Below, in pieces: positions 37,829-47,222 of a stretch of 64,000 bases of DNA. The notes beneath the pieces were generated by a model. That model was given only the letters and a program-made list of their open reading frames with translations. It was not told where the DNA came from and did no database searches. The DNA comes from Alphaproteobacteria bacterium (GTDB taxonomy: Bacteria; Pseudomonadota; Alphaproteobacteria; G965222575). The stretch spans positions 1,024,001 to 1,088,000 of the forward strand of contig OZ244958.1 in the NCBI GenBank assembly GCA_965222575.1. Reading direction: 5' to 3'. Each line of letters starts with the position of its first letter. Position 1 is the first letter of the stretch. A program made the position numbers and the translations under genes.

Positions 37829-38605
37829 TTATAACACAAGTTGTAAGCCATCAAAGCCCGGTTCTATTGTGGGAGGTAGAGAGGCTTTGAGTTGTTCATA
37901 ATCCATGAAAGAGGAGAGGTTAGTGAGAATACTGCGTTTAGGTTGTGCTTCTTTTATCCATTTTAGGGTTTTTTCTAGGTGTGCATGGTTAGGATGCGGT
38001 TTGTATCGTAGGGCATCAACAATCCAGATATCAGTACCCTTAATGGTGTTGAAGGCTTCTTTGGAGAGAGAAACCACATCATTGCTATAGCAAAGAGAGG
38101 TTTCTGTTTTGAGGAGAGAAGAGCATTTTATGCCTAAAGAGGTTGTGTCTCCGTGTTCTTGTTGAAAAATCTGTAGTTTTAGTGTTTCAAAGGTGAGGGT
38201 TGTGGGAGGGTTTATGGTGTTTAGGTGGAAGAGCTGAGGGCGGTGTGTGGCATGGAAACAGTAAGAGAATCGTTGTGTTAGGGTTTTGAGGGTATGAGAG
38301 GTACCGTAGGCTTCTATAGGATGGTTGGTGAGGTCTCTGAAGGGTCTTATGTCTTCTATGCCGTTGACATGGTCGGCGTGGGTATGTGTCCAAAGGAGGG
38401 CAGTGAGATGTGTGAGGAACAAAGGGGCAAGTTGTTGTCGGAGTTCGGGGCTTGTATCTACGAGAATCACTGTGTTTCCTTCTTGAATCAGCAAACCAGC
38501 TCTACTGCGGTGGTTTTTGGGGTTTTTGGGGTTACAATCCCCCCAGAATCCATTGCTGTGTGGAAGACCTCGAGAAGAGCCGCAACCAAGGAGTGTGACT
38601 TTCAT
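37829..38605 (-). CDS. MBL-fold metallo-hydrolase (PhnP-like)
   Basis: LGCGSS.G, VDTSP, THTHADH.NG, located downstream of tatD. Confidence 0.9.
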   Translation of the reverse strand: MKVTLLGCGSSRGLPHSNGFWGDCNPKNPKNHRSRAGLLIQEGNTVILVDTSPELRQQLAPLFLTHLTALLWTHTHADHVNGIEDIRPFRDLTNHPIEAYGTSHTLKTLTQRFSYCFHATHRPQLFHLNTINPPTTLTFETLKLQIFQQEHGDTTSLGIKCSSLLKTETSLCYSNDVVSLSKEAFNTIKGTDIWIVDALRYKPHPNHAHLEKTLKWIKEAQPKRSILTNLSSFMDYEQLKASLPPTIEPGFDGLQLVL

Positions 38606-39387
38606 GATGATGATAATGAGTGGTTGGCTTTAGGAAAGAGGGTGAGAAAATTGTTAGTTGTTGCGGAGGCTATAGTTTTTAAGGGTGTGTTACGCAGTGT
38701 CGCTAAAGCCGAAGCGACATAGTAAACATAAGCGGGTTCATTTGGCTTTCCTCTGTGGGGAACGGGAGCAAGATAGGGGCTATCGGTTTCTATGAGTATT
38801 TTCTCTAAGGGGCACTGGCGGGCAATGCTAGCAATGGGGGAGGCATTGGGAAAGGTAATGAGTCCTGTAAATCCTAGATAAAAGCCTAGAGACAAAGCGG
38901 TTTCAGCTAAAGCTTTTGAAGAGGCAAAGCAATGTAACACCCCTTGAAAAGGCTCTTTGGCATATTCTTCTTCTAAGAGCTGTTTCATATCTTCGTCGGC
39001 ATTGCGGGCGTGGATTATCAGAGGCAGTGCCGTTTTGCGTGCCGCCTCAATATGGCGCAGAAATAAAGTATGTTGTAGCGCTTTTGGCGTCTTAGGACGG
39101 CTGTAATCCAACCCGCTTTCTCCTAAAGCTATAATGTAAGGTAAAGAAGAGGCATCAATTAGCTCCAAAGTGGTAACATTCTGATGAGAAGAAACATTCA
39201 AAGGGTGAATCCCAACGCTATAGCCTATATTCTGAAACATTTTTGTGAGATGATAGGTTTTGCTACTTCCCTCCAAAGTCGTCCCAACACTTAGAACATA
39301 TTCCACTCCTTTCTCCTTAGCCCTCAGGAGGCATTTTTCTAAATTGCCCTTTAGCATATCTAAGTGACAATGGCTATCTATGAGCAT
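38602..39387 (-). CDS. tatD: TatD family hydrolase
   Basis: DSHCHL, GIHP, GESGLDY, IHAR, HCF, ETDSPYLAP.P.RGK.NEP. Confidence 0.95.
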   Translation of the reverse strand: MLIDSHCHLDMLKGNLEKCLLRAKEKGVEYVLSVGTTLEGSSKTYHLTKMFQNIGYSVGIHPLNVSSHQNVTTLELIDASSLPYIIALGESGLDYSRPKTPKALQHTLFLRHIEAARKTALPLIIHARNADEDMKQLLEEEYAKEPFQGVLHCFASSKALAETALSLGFYLGFTGLITFPNASPIASIARQCPLEKILIETDSPYLAPVPHRGKPNEPAYVYYVASALATLRNTPLKTIASATTNNFLTLFPKANHSLSSS

Positions 39388-39388
39388 C

Positions 39389-39487
39389 TTACCCTCTCAA
39401 GAAGAGAGCCTTGAGCAGGGGAAGTAGAAACCCTAGGGCTACAAGGAGTAGCAGGGCTATGAGTGTGAAATGAAGGCGGCGTTTCAT
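39389..39487 (-). CDS. putative 32-aa single-pass membrane peptide (not in the ORF track)
   Basis: MKRRLHFTLIALLLLVALGFLLPLLKALFLRG; stop codon lies 1 nt before the tatD ATG. Confidence 0.5.
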   Translation of the reverse strand: MKRRLHFTLIALLLLVALGFLLPLLKALFLRG

Positions 39488-39500
39488 AGGGGAAAAGATT

Positions 39501-39529
39501 TTGATTGACCTGTGGGCTTATGCTACCAT
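39501..39529 (+). promoter_or_regulatory. sigma70-like promoter of the small lipoprotein gene
   Basis: TTGATT-N17-TACCAT with extended TG. Confidence 0.45.
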
Positions 39530-39560
39530 GTCAGATGGGATAAAAAAAGAGAGAAAGGGA

Positions 39561-39740
39561 ATGCCTATTTGGGTAACAGGCCTTTTGATTTTGGGGGTGA
39601 GTCAGTTTTTGACTTTACAGTGTGGGTATAAGGGGACACTGGAGCGTCCTGTATCTGAGTCTTATGATTTTCATCTTGGAGTGGTCAAGGAAGAGGGAAA
39701 TTTACCAGTCAAAGATGAGAGAATTATCAGGCTACTTTGA
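39561..39740 (+). CDS. small lipoprotein, LptM/YifL-like
   Basis: Hydrophobic signal followed by CGYKGTLERP, matching the CG.KG.L..P motif of LptM/YifL lipoproteins. Confidence 0.6.
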   Translation: MPIWVTGLLILGVSQFLTLQCGYKGTLERPVSESYDFHLGVVKEEGNLPVKDERIIRLL

Positions 39741-41052
39741 GCAGGTCTTGTAGCTGTTTACGCTCGGGAGAATCTTTTGGGAGGTGTTGAAAAGCGCGAA
39801 AAGCCTGTTTACGGGCTTCTATCATATTCCCCATATAAAAGAATCGCATGGCATTACAGAAATAGGATTTGCCTAATCTTCCGTCTCTACCGTAGAAAAC
39901 AGATAACAGTCGCCAGCTATCGACACTATTGGGGTTATGTCCTAGTAATTCATGGAGGATAGTAGCGCCTTGTTGTTGATAAGCATAGTCTTTTTGCTTG
40001 ATGAGAGCGGAGGCTACTTGTAGGCGTACAGGGGAGTCTGATGTTGAAACCTTGAGAAGGAATAGAGCGGCTTTTAGGGCTTTTTGAGGCTGGTTGGAGG
40101 CAATGAAGAGATCGATAGAGAATTCTAGGAAATAGGGGTCTTCAGGGAATTGTTTTAGGAGGGAGGAGAGATATTGCAAGGCGTCTTTATAATAGCCTGC
40201 TCTGTAGCTTGCAATGGCTTTTGCGTATTGAGCTTGTATGGTTTGTTGGTTATTGTAATGACGGAAGACATTTTTGTAGGAATTGGTAAAGGCATAGACT
40301 TTCGCTTTTGAGCGCGCGAAGAGCGTCTGTAATTTTTGGTCGGTAGGGGTATCATGATAGGAAGAGTCTTTGACTGCGACTTCGATATGTTGTAGGCGTT
40401 TTTTCACATGGGGGTGAGTCAAGAGATATTCTGGTATGCTTTGTCCATGTTTTTCTGAGATGTCCCTGATTCTTTCCATAGCTTTTAAGTAGGGGATTCC
40501 TGAGAGTTGTGCTTTTTCTAGGATGGTGAGTGCGAACTGGTCAGCAGCGCCTTCGTTGTGTCTTATGTCTCTGAGGAAAGAGCGTGAGGCTAGTTCGGAA
40601 CCGCTGTAAGCGATAGCAGCCCCAGCCTCTGCTAACTTTGTATTCCCTCCTATAGTCATAAGGGCCATACCGGAGAGGATAGAAAAGACGCCAATAGCGG
40701 AAGAGGTTTGAGCAGATTCATCCAGTCGACTTAAATGCCCTCCTTGAATGTGTCCTAGTTCGTGGGCAATAATACCTTGTAGTTCTCCTGCTGATTCGAG
40801 GTGTTGGAAAAGTCCAGTGAAGATAAAGATTTTTTGCCCTTCTGCTACGAAGGCATTAAAATTGTGGTCTAAGATAATTTGCAAGGAGAGTTCTCTTCCA
40901 TCTTTTTCTGCAGCCTTTAAGAGTGGTTCTGTGATATGGTTCAAGGTATTTTCGAGTTCGGCATCGGAGATAATCACGAAGCTATAGGCAGGTACCCCAC
41001 TACAGAGAAGAAGGCTCACCAAGTACGGAAGAAAGCGTTTAAGAGAGAACAA
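39727..41052 (-). CDS. M48 metalloprotease with TPR repeats (BepA-like)
   Basis: Signal peptide, NAF, GIIAHELGH zincin motif, E..AD, YLLTHP...R, TPR-like C-terminus. Confidence 0.9.
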   Translation of the reverse strand: MFSLKRFLPYLVSLLLCSGVPAYSFVIISDAELENTLNHITEPLLKAAEKDGRELSLQIILDHNFNAFVAEGQKIFIFTGLFQHLESAGELQGIIAHELGHIQGGHLSRLDESAQTSSAIGVFSILSGMALMTIGGNTKLAEAGAAIAYSGSELASRSFLRDIRHNEGAADQFALTILEKAQLSGIPYLKAMERIRDISEKHGQSIPEYLLTHPHVKKRLQHIEVAVKDSSYHDTPTDQKLQTLFARSKAKVYAFTNSYKNVFRHYNNQQTIQAQYAKAIASYRAGYYKDALQYLSSLLKQFPEDPYFLEFSIDLFIASNQPQKALKAALFLLKVSTSDSPVRLQVASALIKQKDYAYQQQGATILHELLGHNPNSVDSWRLLSVFYGRDGRLGKSYFCNAMRFFYMGNMIEARKQAFRAFQHLPKDSPERKQLQDLLKVA

Positions 41053-41185
41053 GGGATTGGGAGATGGGTTTTGATTTGTAGGGGGTATGCACTATAGTAT
41101 AGCAAATAAGTAGTATTTACTCAATGAATCTCTTGTGTTGTATTTTTTTGAGCTATTGGTTGTTAGAAGGGAGAGATAAAGTCTT

Positions 41186-42001
41186 ATGAAGGAGTTACAA
41201 TCGGGGATAGAGAGTCTGTGGGAGAATCGGTCTTCACTTGATTGGCATCAGGATAGAGGGGCCTGTTTACTTGTGGAGGAAGTGATAGAGGGGTTAGACA
41301 GAGGGGATTTGCGGGTAGTGGAGCAGGATTGCCATGGGGGTTGGCAGGTTTGTGAGTGGTTGAAGAAAGGGATTTTGTTGTCCTTTTCTTTTTATAGCAT
41401 GAAGGTGAAGAGGGGGTATTGGTATGATAAGATTCCGCTTAAGGTAGAGGATTGGGAGGAGAGGAATTTTAAGCGTATGGGTGTGCGGATGGTACCTGGG
41501 AGTATTGTACGCAAGGGCAGTTTTGTAGAGAGTGGGGCGATTTTAATGCCTTGTTTTATCAATGTTGGCGCTTGGGTTGGGAGAGGGAGTATGATTGATA
41601 CTTGGTCTACGGTTGGGTCTTGTGCTTATGTAGGTCGTGGGTGTCATATTTCTGGGGGAGTAGGGTTAGGAGGGGTATTAGAGCCACTACAGAGTCGTCC
41701 GGTGATTATAGAGGATGAGTGTTTTATTGGGGCGCGCAGTGAGATTGCTGAAGGGGTTATAGTGGGGAAGGGGAGTGTGATTGCTATGGGGGTTATGTTG
41801 GGGGCGTCTACTAAAATTATTCATCGTGAGACGGGGGAGATTTTTCAGGGTTGCGTACCGCCTTTTTCAGTGATTGTTCCGGGGGCGTTTAAGGATAGGC
41901 GTTGTGAGGGGGTTTCTTTAGGGGCTGCGGTGATTGTGAAGACGGTGGATGAAGGCACGCGAAAGAAGACCTCTATTAATGACCTTTTAAGAGATATTTG
42001 A
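41186..42001 (+). CDS. dapD: tetrahydrodipicolinate N-succinyltransferase
   Basis: WLKKGILLSF, DKIP.K, INVGA.V, DTWSTVGSCA, GGVLEPLQ, KTSINDLLR. Confidence 0.97.
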   Translation: MKELQSGIESLWENRSSLDWHQDRGACLLVEEVIEGLDRGDLRVVEQDCHGGWQVCEWLKKGILLSFSFYSMKVKRGYWYDKIPLKVEDWEERNFKRMGVRMVPGSIVRKGSFVESGAILMPCFINVGAWVGRGSMIDTWSTVGSCAYVGRGCHISGGVGLGGVLEPLQSRPVIIEDECFIGARSEIAEGVIVGKGSVIAMGVMLGASTKIIHRETGEIFQGCVPPFSVIVPGAFKDRRCEGVSLGAAVIVKTVDEGTRKKTSINDLLRDI

Positions 42002-43168
42002 TGTCTTTTTGTCCAGTGGAGTTAGCGCGCCTTTTGTTGCGGGTTCCGTCTGTTACGCCTGCGCCTCTTAAAGCATTTACGCCTTTAGAGGCAGTGTTAA
42101 AGCCGGTGGGATTTCAGTGGCGAGTCCTGTCTTTGAGTGAGAAAAATTCTCCCTCTGTTTACAATGTTCTTGCTTTTTTTGGTCAAGGGAAGCCTCATTT
42201 TTGCTTTAGTGGCCACCTTGATGTTGTGCCTCCCGGTGATGAAAAATGGAGATACCCTCCTTTTAGCGGAGAGGTGAAAGAGGGGGTCTTGTGGGGGAGA
42301 GGGGCAGTTGATATGAAAGGTGCTGTTGCTGCTTTTGGGGTAGCAGCCGGAAAGTTTTGCGCTACAGAGGATTTTCAAGGCACTGTGAGTATGCTGCTCA
42401 CAGCTGATGAAGAGGGAGAGGCCACTTGTGGTACTGTCAAAGCCTTACAATGGATGCTCAATCATAGTAGCTCTTCTCTTCCACCTCCTTCTCTTGTTCT
42501 TGTAGGCGAGCCTACCAATCCTGCACAATTTGGAGAGATGATAAAAATTGGCAGGCGGGGGTCTTTTTCCGGAGAACTCTCCTTTTTTGCTCCCTCCAAG
42601 CATGTGGCTTATGGAACAGTGCGCGATAATCCTATTTTTCCCCTTCTTTGTGTTTTGAAGACCTTATCCTTGACTCCTATAGAAGCTGGTAGCGACTATT
42701 TTGAACCCTCCTCTTTTCAGGTGACTTCTCTTGATGCTAGAAGTGTAGCCCCTAATGTAACGCCTGAAAAAGCGACTTGTGCTTTTAATATACGGTTTTC
42801 ACCTTTGATGAATGAGGAGAAGATTATAAAGGCTATTGAGACTGTTTGCGCTGACTGCGTGTGAAAATTATACGCTTCGTGGGCGCGTGAATTGTGAGCC
42901 CTTTCTAAGCCCTCTTTCTTGGGAGGCTAAGATGCTAGCGTCCATAGTCAAGAAGGTGACCAAAATTTCCCCTGTGTTTGACACTAAGGGAGGAACATCT
43001 GATGGACGTTTTTTCGCGCCCCTTTGCCCTGTAATAGAGTTTGGATTAGTGGGGCAGACCATGCATCAGGTTAATGAGCGGGTGGCTGTAGATCATCTTC
43101 ATAGTCTTGCTACAATTTATGAGCGATTTTTAAGGGCTTATTTTTCCGCTACTTCTTCATCACTGTAG
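41998..43168 (+). pseudogene. dapE: succinyl-diaminopimelate desuccinylase, split by a frameshift at 42830-42864 (real or assembly error)
   Basis: ORF1 has GHLDVVP, GRGAVDMKG, DEEG, GEPT, GRRGS; ORF2 (+1 frame) has GGTSDGRF, EFG, MHQVNE. Confidence 0.85.
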
Positions 43169-43416
43169 AGTTTTAGTTCTAAAGCATGAAGACCGTCTTT
43201 TATGTCTTGGGCTAAGGTTTTATAGACCATGCGCTGTCTTTCGAGGGCGGATTCTCCTCTGAAAGCTTTTGAGGCCATGGAAACAAAAAAATGACTTTCT
43301 CCGCCTGTTAGACCATGGTGGTGGTCTTTGTGGGTTGCGGAGTGATTTTCAATGACCAGGTGTGTTGGCTTGAAGGTGCGTGTGAGTTTTTCTCTTAATT
43401 TATCAGCTATTTTCAT
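43138..43416 (-). CDS. bolA: BolA family protein
   Basis: H..H, GESHF, F.G...RQRMVY, LHAL. Confidence 0.92.
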   Translation of the reverse strand: MKIADKLREKLTRTFKPTHLVIENHSATHKDHHHGLTGGESHFFVSMASKAFRGESALERQRMVYKTLAQDIKDGLHALELKLYSDEEVAEK

Positions 43417-43494
43417 AGAGTATCTGTAGCAAAAAAACTATAAAAAAGCGAATTTTTTTGTTAAACTTCCTTTTTTAAGTTGGGATGGTGTTTT

Positions 43495-44481
43495 ATGTCT
43501 TATTCTGAAGAGGCGAAAACTCGTCTGCGTCGGAAGTCTATTTTTGTAGAAAAAACCTTTGGGATTGCTTCTTCTTGGGAAGTGCAGGGGTTTGAATCCC
43601 CCCCTTATGAAGAGTTTGCTCCTATTGTGGAGGAGGGCTATGTCTTTGATAGAACAACGACCTTATCAATTTTAGCGGGATTTGAGCATAACAGACGTGT
43701 GTTTGTTCAAGGGCTTCATGGGACAGGCAAGTCTACCCATATAGAGCAAGTAGCAGCGCGTCTTAATTGGCCTGTGATACGATTGAATTTAGATGGTCAT
43801 GTGAGTCGTCTGGATTTGATAGGTCGGGATGTCATTACTGTAGAGGATAATCATCAGGTGACGCGTTTTTCTGAGGGGTTGATTCCCTTTGCGTTGAGGC
43901 GTCCTATTGCCTTGGTTTTAGATGAATACGATGCGGGGCGTCCTGATGTGATGTTTGTCATTCAACAGTTGCTAGAGGAGAAAGGGCGCCTAACGGTCTT
44001 AGAGAAGAATGAAGTGGTCACTCCGCACCCTTTCTTTAGGATTTTTGCAACGGCTAATACTTCTGGCATGGGGGATTCTTTAGGGATATATCATGGCACG
44101 GAAGTGTTGAATCAAGGACAGATTGACCGGTGGCATATTGTGACCTCTTTATCGTATTTACCGCCCTTGCAAGAGGAAAAGATTATTTTACAAAAAGTGC
44201 CGCATTTGCAAGATTCTTATAAAGGGTTGGAAAAAACGCTTGTGTCTTTTGCGAATTTGGTACGGGCTTCTTTTTTAGCTGGAGATGTTTCTGTGACGTT
44301 ATCGCCTCGTACTGTTGTGATGTGGGCGGAGAATACCTTAATATTTCAAGATGTGGTGAAGGCTTTTGAGGTGACCTTTTTCAATAAGTGCGATACGGAG
44401 AGCTACCCTGTGATAGCAGAGCTCTATCAACGTGTTTTTGGAGTAGAGCTCAAGAGTTCTGTGGTGCATCATTTGCCATGA
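43495..44481 (+). CDS. cobS: CobS-like AAA+ ATPase (cobaltochelatase subunit family)
   Basis: YVFD..TT, GLHGTGKSTHIEQVAARLNWP, DEYDAGRPDVMFVIQ, NQGQIDRW, SPRTV. Confidence 0.9.
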   Translation: MSYSEEAKTRLRRKSIFVEKTFGIASSWEVQGFESPPYEEFAPIVEEGYVFDRTTTLSILAGFEHNRRVFVQGLHGTGKSTHIEQVAARLNWPVIRLNLDGHVSRLDLIGRDVITVEDNHQVTRFSEGLIPFALRRPIALVLDEYDAGRPDVMFVIQQLLEEKGRLTVLEKNEVVTPHPFFRIFATANTSGMGDSLGIYHGTEVLNQGQIDRWHIVTSLSYLPPLQEEKIILQKVPHLQDSYKGLEKTLVSFANLVRASFLAGDVSVTLSPRTVVMWAENTLIFQDVVKAFEVTFFNKCDTESYPVIAELYQRVFGVELKSSVVHHLP

Positions 44482-46124
44482 AAAAGCCCTTACAAGAGGT
44501 ATTGGAGAAAACTGCCATTGCCTTATCTGGAGGAGTGAAGGAAGGGATAAGAGAGGTGGGTTTTTCTTCACTTGATACGAAGTTGTCTTTTATGGAGGGG
44601 CGTGGGGAGTGGGATTTTTGGGCTCTTTTGCAGCGCTTTGGGGGAGGGGAAATAGGCGCGGGCTGGAGAGAGAGTATGGAGGAGGTACGTTTAGAGGCTT
44701 TGGGATTTTGTTGGCGTGGTGTGGCTGATAATCTGATGTGGAGAATCAAAGCTCAGGAAGGCTCTTTACAGGCTCTTTTTCAGAGGGAAAGCTGTCAGTT
44801 ACTAGCGAAACAGAAGATGGCGTTGCGGGCGTTTTTGAGGGAGAGTTTTTTGCCTTATACTTCTCCTTTTTTAGGGCTTTGGAGTCATTGGATACAGGGC
44901 ATAGCGGAGAAGAAGAAAGAGGCGCTTTACAGACTGAGGGATGAGATGAAAGACTTGTTACGAAATAGGGAAGCCTACCAAGAGCGTTGTCTAGAGTTAG
45001 AGCGGCTTCTCATGACTTTACTGGAGGAGGAGAAAGAGAAAACTCCCCATGGGAAGGACTCCTCTGTTTTGGAGAAGCCTCAGAAGAGGCCTTTAGAAAG
45101 CAAAGCTCGTCGTCTGTCTTTGAAGCAAAGCAAGGCTGTGGCGGAAGGGGCTGTTAGGGGTTCTCTTCAAGGGCAAGAGGAGAGGCATTATAAGGTCTAT
45201 ACGCGCTCATTTGACCGGGTCAAGCATGCTACTGAGTTAAGTGATAGGGAATCCCTTGTGACGTTGGAGAGGATATTGGATAAAGAAAGTCAAGTTCTTA
45301 GGGGTTTGCCTCTTCGTTTATCGAAAAAGTTGGTAAGACTTCTTCAGCATCAACAGCGCTACAAGTGGCATTTTGATTGTGAAACGGGATATTTGCATGC
45401 TGGTCGACTCCATTGTTTGGCAACGAGTAAGAGGAAAGATTATCTGTATCGTTGGCAAGAACAGGCGCCTTTTCCGAATACCTCTGTTAGTCTTTTAGTA
45501 GATAACTCAGGCTCCATGCGGGGGCGTCCCATTTTATTAGCTGCTGTAGCAGTGGATTTATTAATCAAAACGCTGGAAAAGTGTCGTATTCCTTGTGATG
45601 TTTTAGGCTTTACCACAACAGAATGGAAAGGAGGTCGTTGTCGGCGAAAATGGATTGAGGACGGAATGCCTTGTTATCCGGGGCGATTAAATGAGCTGTT
45701 GCATATCATTTACAAACCCTTTCAAAGTTCTTGGCGCAACAAGAGGAGGGGATTAGCACTTATGTTACAGGAGAGTTTATTGAAAGAAAATATTGATGGT
45801 GAGGCTTTGTTATGGGCGAGTAAGCGTTTGATGATGCGTAGAAGCCAGAGACAAATTCTCATGGTGATTTCTGATGGAGACCCTGTTGATGATGCTACCA
45901 CTGTAGCTAATACGCACGGGTTCTTATCCTCTCATTTACGGCATGTGATTCACCAGATACAAACGCGTACTCTCATAGAGCTTGTCGCCATAGGGATTGG
46001 ACATAATGTGGGGCAGTATTATGAGAAATCTGTAGAGATTCGCAGTGTTGAGGAGCTTCCTGTTGTTATGATGGAGTCCTTTTTGGCGTTATTTTCTTCT
46101 CCTGAAGGAGGTAAAGCAGGCTAA
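44478..46124 (+). CDS. cobT: CobT-like vWA protein
   Basis: Y.VYT..FD, DNSGSMRGRPI, LGFTT..WKGG, LLKENIDGEAL, ISDG.PVDD, AIGIGH. ATGA-coupled to cobS. Confidence 0.9.
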   Translation: MKKPLQEVLEKTAIALSGGVKEGIREVGFSSLDTKLSFMEGRGEWDFWALLQRFGGGEIGAGWRESMEEVRLEALGFCWRGVADNLMWRIKAQEGSLQALFQRESCQLLAKQKMALRAFLRESFLPYTSPFLGLWSHWIQGIAEKKKEALYRLRDEMKDLLRNREAYQERCLELERLLMTLLEEEKEKTPHGKDSSVLEKPQKRPLESKARRLSLKQSKAVAEGAVRGSLQGQEERHYKVYTRSFDRVKHATELSDRESLVTLERILDKESQVLRGLPLRLSKKLVRLLQHQQRYKWHFDCETGYLHAGRLHCLATSKRKDYLYRWQEQAPFPNTSVSLLVDNSGSMRGRPILLAAVAVDLLIKTLEKCRIPCDVLGFTTTEWKGGRCRRKWIEDGMPCYPGRLNELLHIIYKPFQSSWRNKRRGLALMLQESLLKENIDGEALLWASKRLMMRRSQRQILMVISDGDPVDDATTVANTHGFLSSHLRHVIHQIQTRTLIELVAIGIGHNVGQYYEKSVEIRSVEELPVVMMESFLALFSSPEGGKAG

Positions 46125-46617
46125 ATTTGTAGGGAATCAGGACGATGAGGGCGACACTCCATTTGACGAATAGGTCTCCTATGGCCCATGTAACCCAAGG
46201 AAGTGATGTGCCAATGAAGGCTATGGAAAAGAAAAGGCTTGTGTCTAAGACGGAAGCGAAGGAAGAGGAGAACAAAGGGGCTTTCCACCATTGTTTGGTT
46301 TTTTTTAGCAGTCGTTGGAAGAGGGTTATATCTATCATTTGGGCTGTGAAGAAGGCCGTACCGGAGGCTATAGCAATGCGGGGATTGGCGGTCATAGAAA
46401 GGACGACGCCTAGAGCGAAGCCAAGCAGCACAATATATCTTGCTGTTTTTGGGCCGTGAATTCTTGTGGTGATATCTGTTACTAAGAAAGCAAAGGGATA
46501 GGAGAAAGCCCCCCATGTTAACCAGTTATTGATAGGAAATTGCACCAAAATGTTAGAGATGAAGACCACAAGCCCCATGGCTATCATACTGACAATCAGA
46601 GTGTTCTTATGTGTCAT
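46066..46617 (-). CDS. VUT family queuosine-precursor transporter (YhhQ-like)
   Basis: SNILV, TWGAFSYP..FL.TD, RIAIASG.AF..Q..D, DT..FFSIAF. Confidence 0.85.
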   Translation of the reverse strand: MTHKNTLIVSMIAMGLVVFISNILVQFPINNWLTWGAFSYPFAFLVTDITTRIHGPKTARYIVLLGFALGVVLSMTANPRIAIASGTAFFTAQMIDITLFQRLLKKTKQWWKAPLFSSSFASVLDTSLFFSIAFIGTSLPWVTWAIGDLFVKWSVALIVLIPYKFSLLYLLQEKKITPKRTPS

Positions 46618-46680
46618 GTTCTATTATTCGAAAATAAGCTTTTTGTCCTTAGAGCCTGAAAAATGTTGATAATTTTTGTC

Positions 46681-46992
46681 TTATGTGGCGGAAGGGGGTG
46701 AAGGAGGTTTTTGTGCTAAGGTTTTGAGAACTTGCCTTTGGAGTCGTTGTCCAGAAGGTGATAATTTTCGTTTTTTGAATCGTTCTAGGAATCCATCGAT
46801 TCCGCCATATTTATCGATAGTGCGCATTGTGGAGCGGGCGACATTGCAGGAGATTTTTCGTCCTAACACTTGAGAAGAGAAAGAAACTTTTGAGACATTT
46901 GGTAGAAACTGGTGGCAATTTTTTTTATGGGAATGGCTTACCCTGTTTCCGCTTAGAGAGGCTTTGTCGGTTAAATAGCATTTTCGGGACAT
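46681..46992 (-). CDS. rpmB: 50S ribosomal protein L28
   Basis: MSRKC.LT, GNRVSHS, FLPN, RTIDK.GGID. Confidence 0.95.
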   Translation of the reverse strand: MSRKCYLTDKASLSGNRVSHSHKKNCHQFLPNVSKVSFSSQVLGRKISCNVARSTMRTIDKYGGIDGFLERFKKRKLSPSGQRLQRQVLKTLAQKPPSPPSAT

Positions 46993-47222
46993 GAGACGGC
47001 ACTATCAATAATGTTGTTGAGGAAGTTTTAGAGATAGGAAGCGATCAACTTTTTTTTTGGCATTTCTCTTTATAGCATTGAAGCCCTATGGTTATGGGGA
47101 AGAGAGTAGCTTTGGACAGGATAGAGAAGGCCTTGTGTTTTGTCAACGGGTGCTTTCTTATTGTTGATATTTTCGCTATGGTGTGTACAATGGGGGGGTG
47201 AAGTAAGATAAAAGGGATTTTT

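Noticed and set aside
47088-47201. 37-aa ORF MVMGKRVALDRIEKALCFVNGCFLIVDIFAMVCTMGG
   Set aside because: No SD or motif, and its 3' half overlaps a likely promoter (TTGATA-N16-TACAAT) for the downstream lipoprotein gene.
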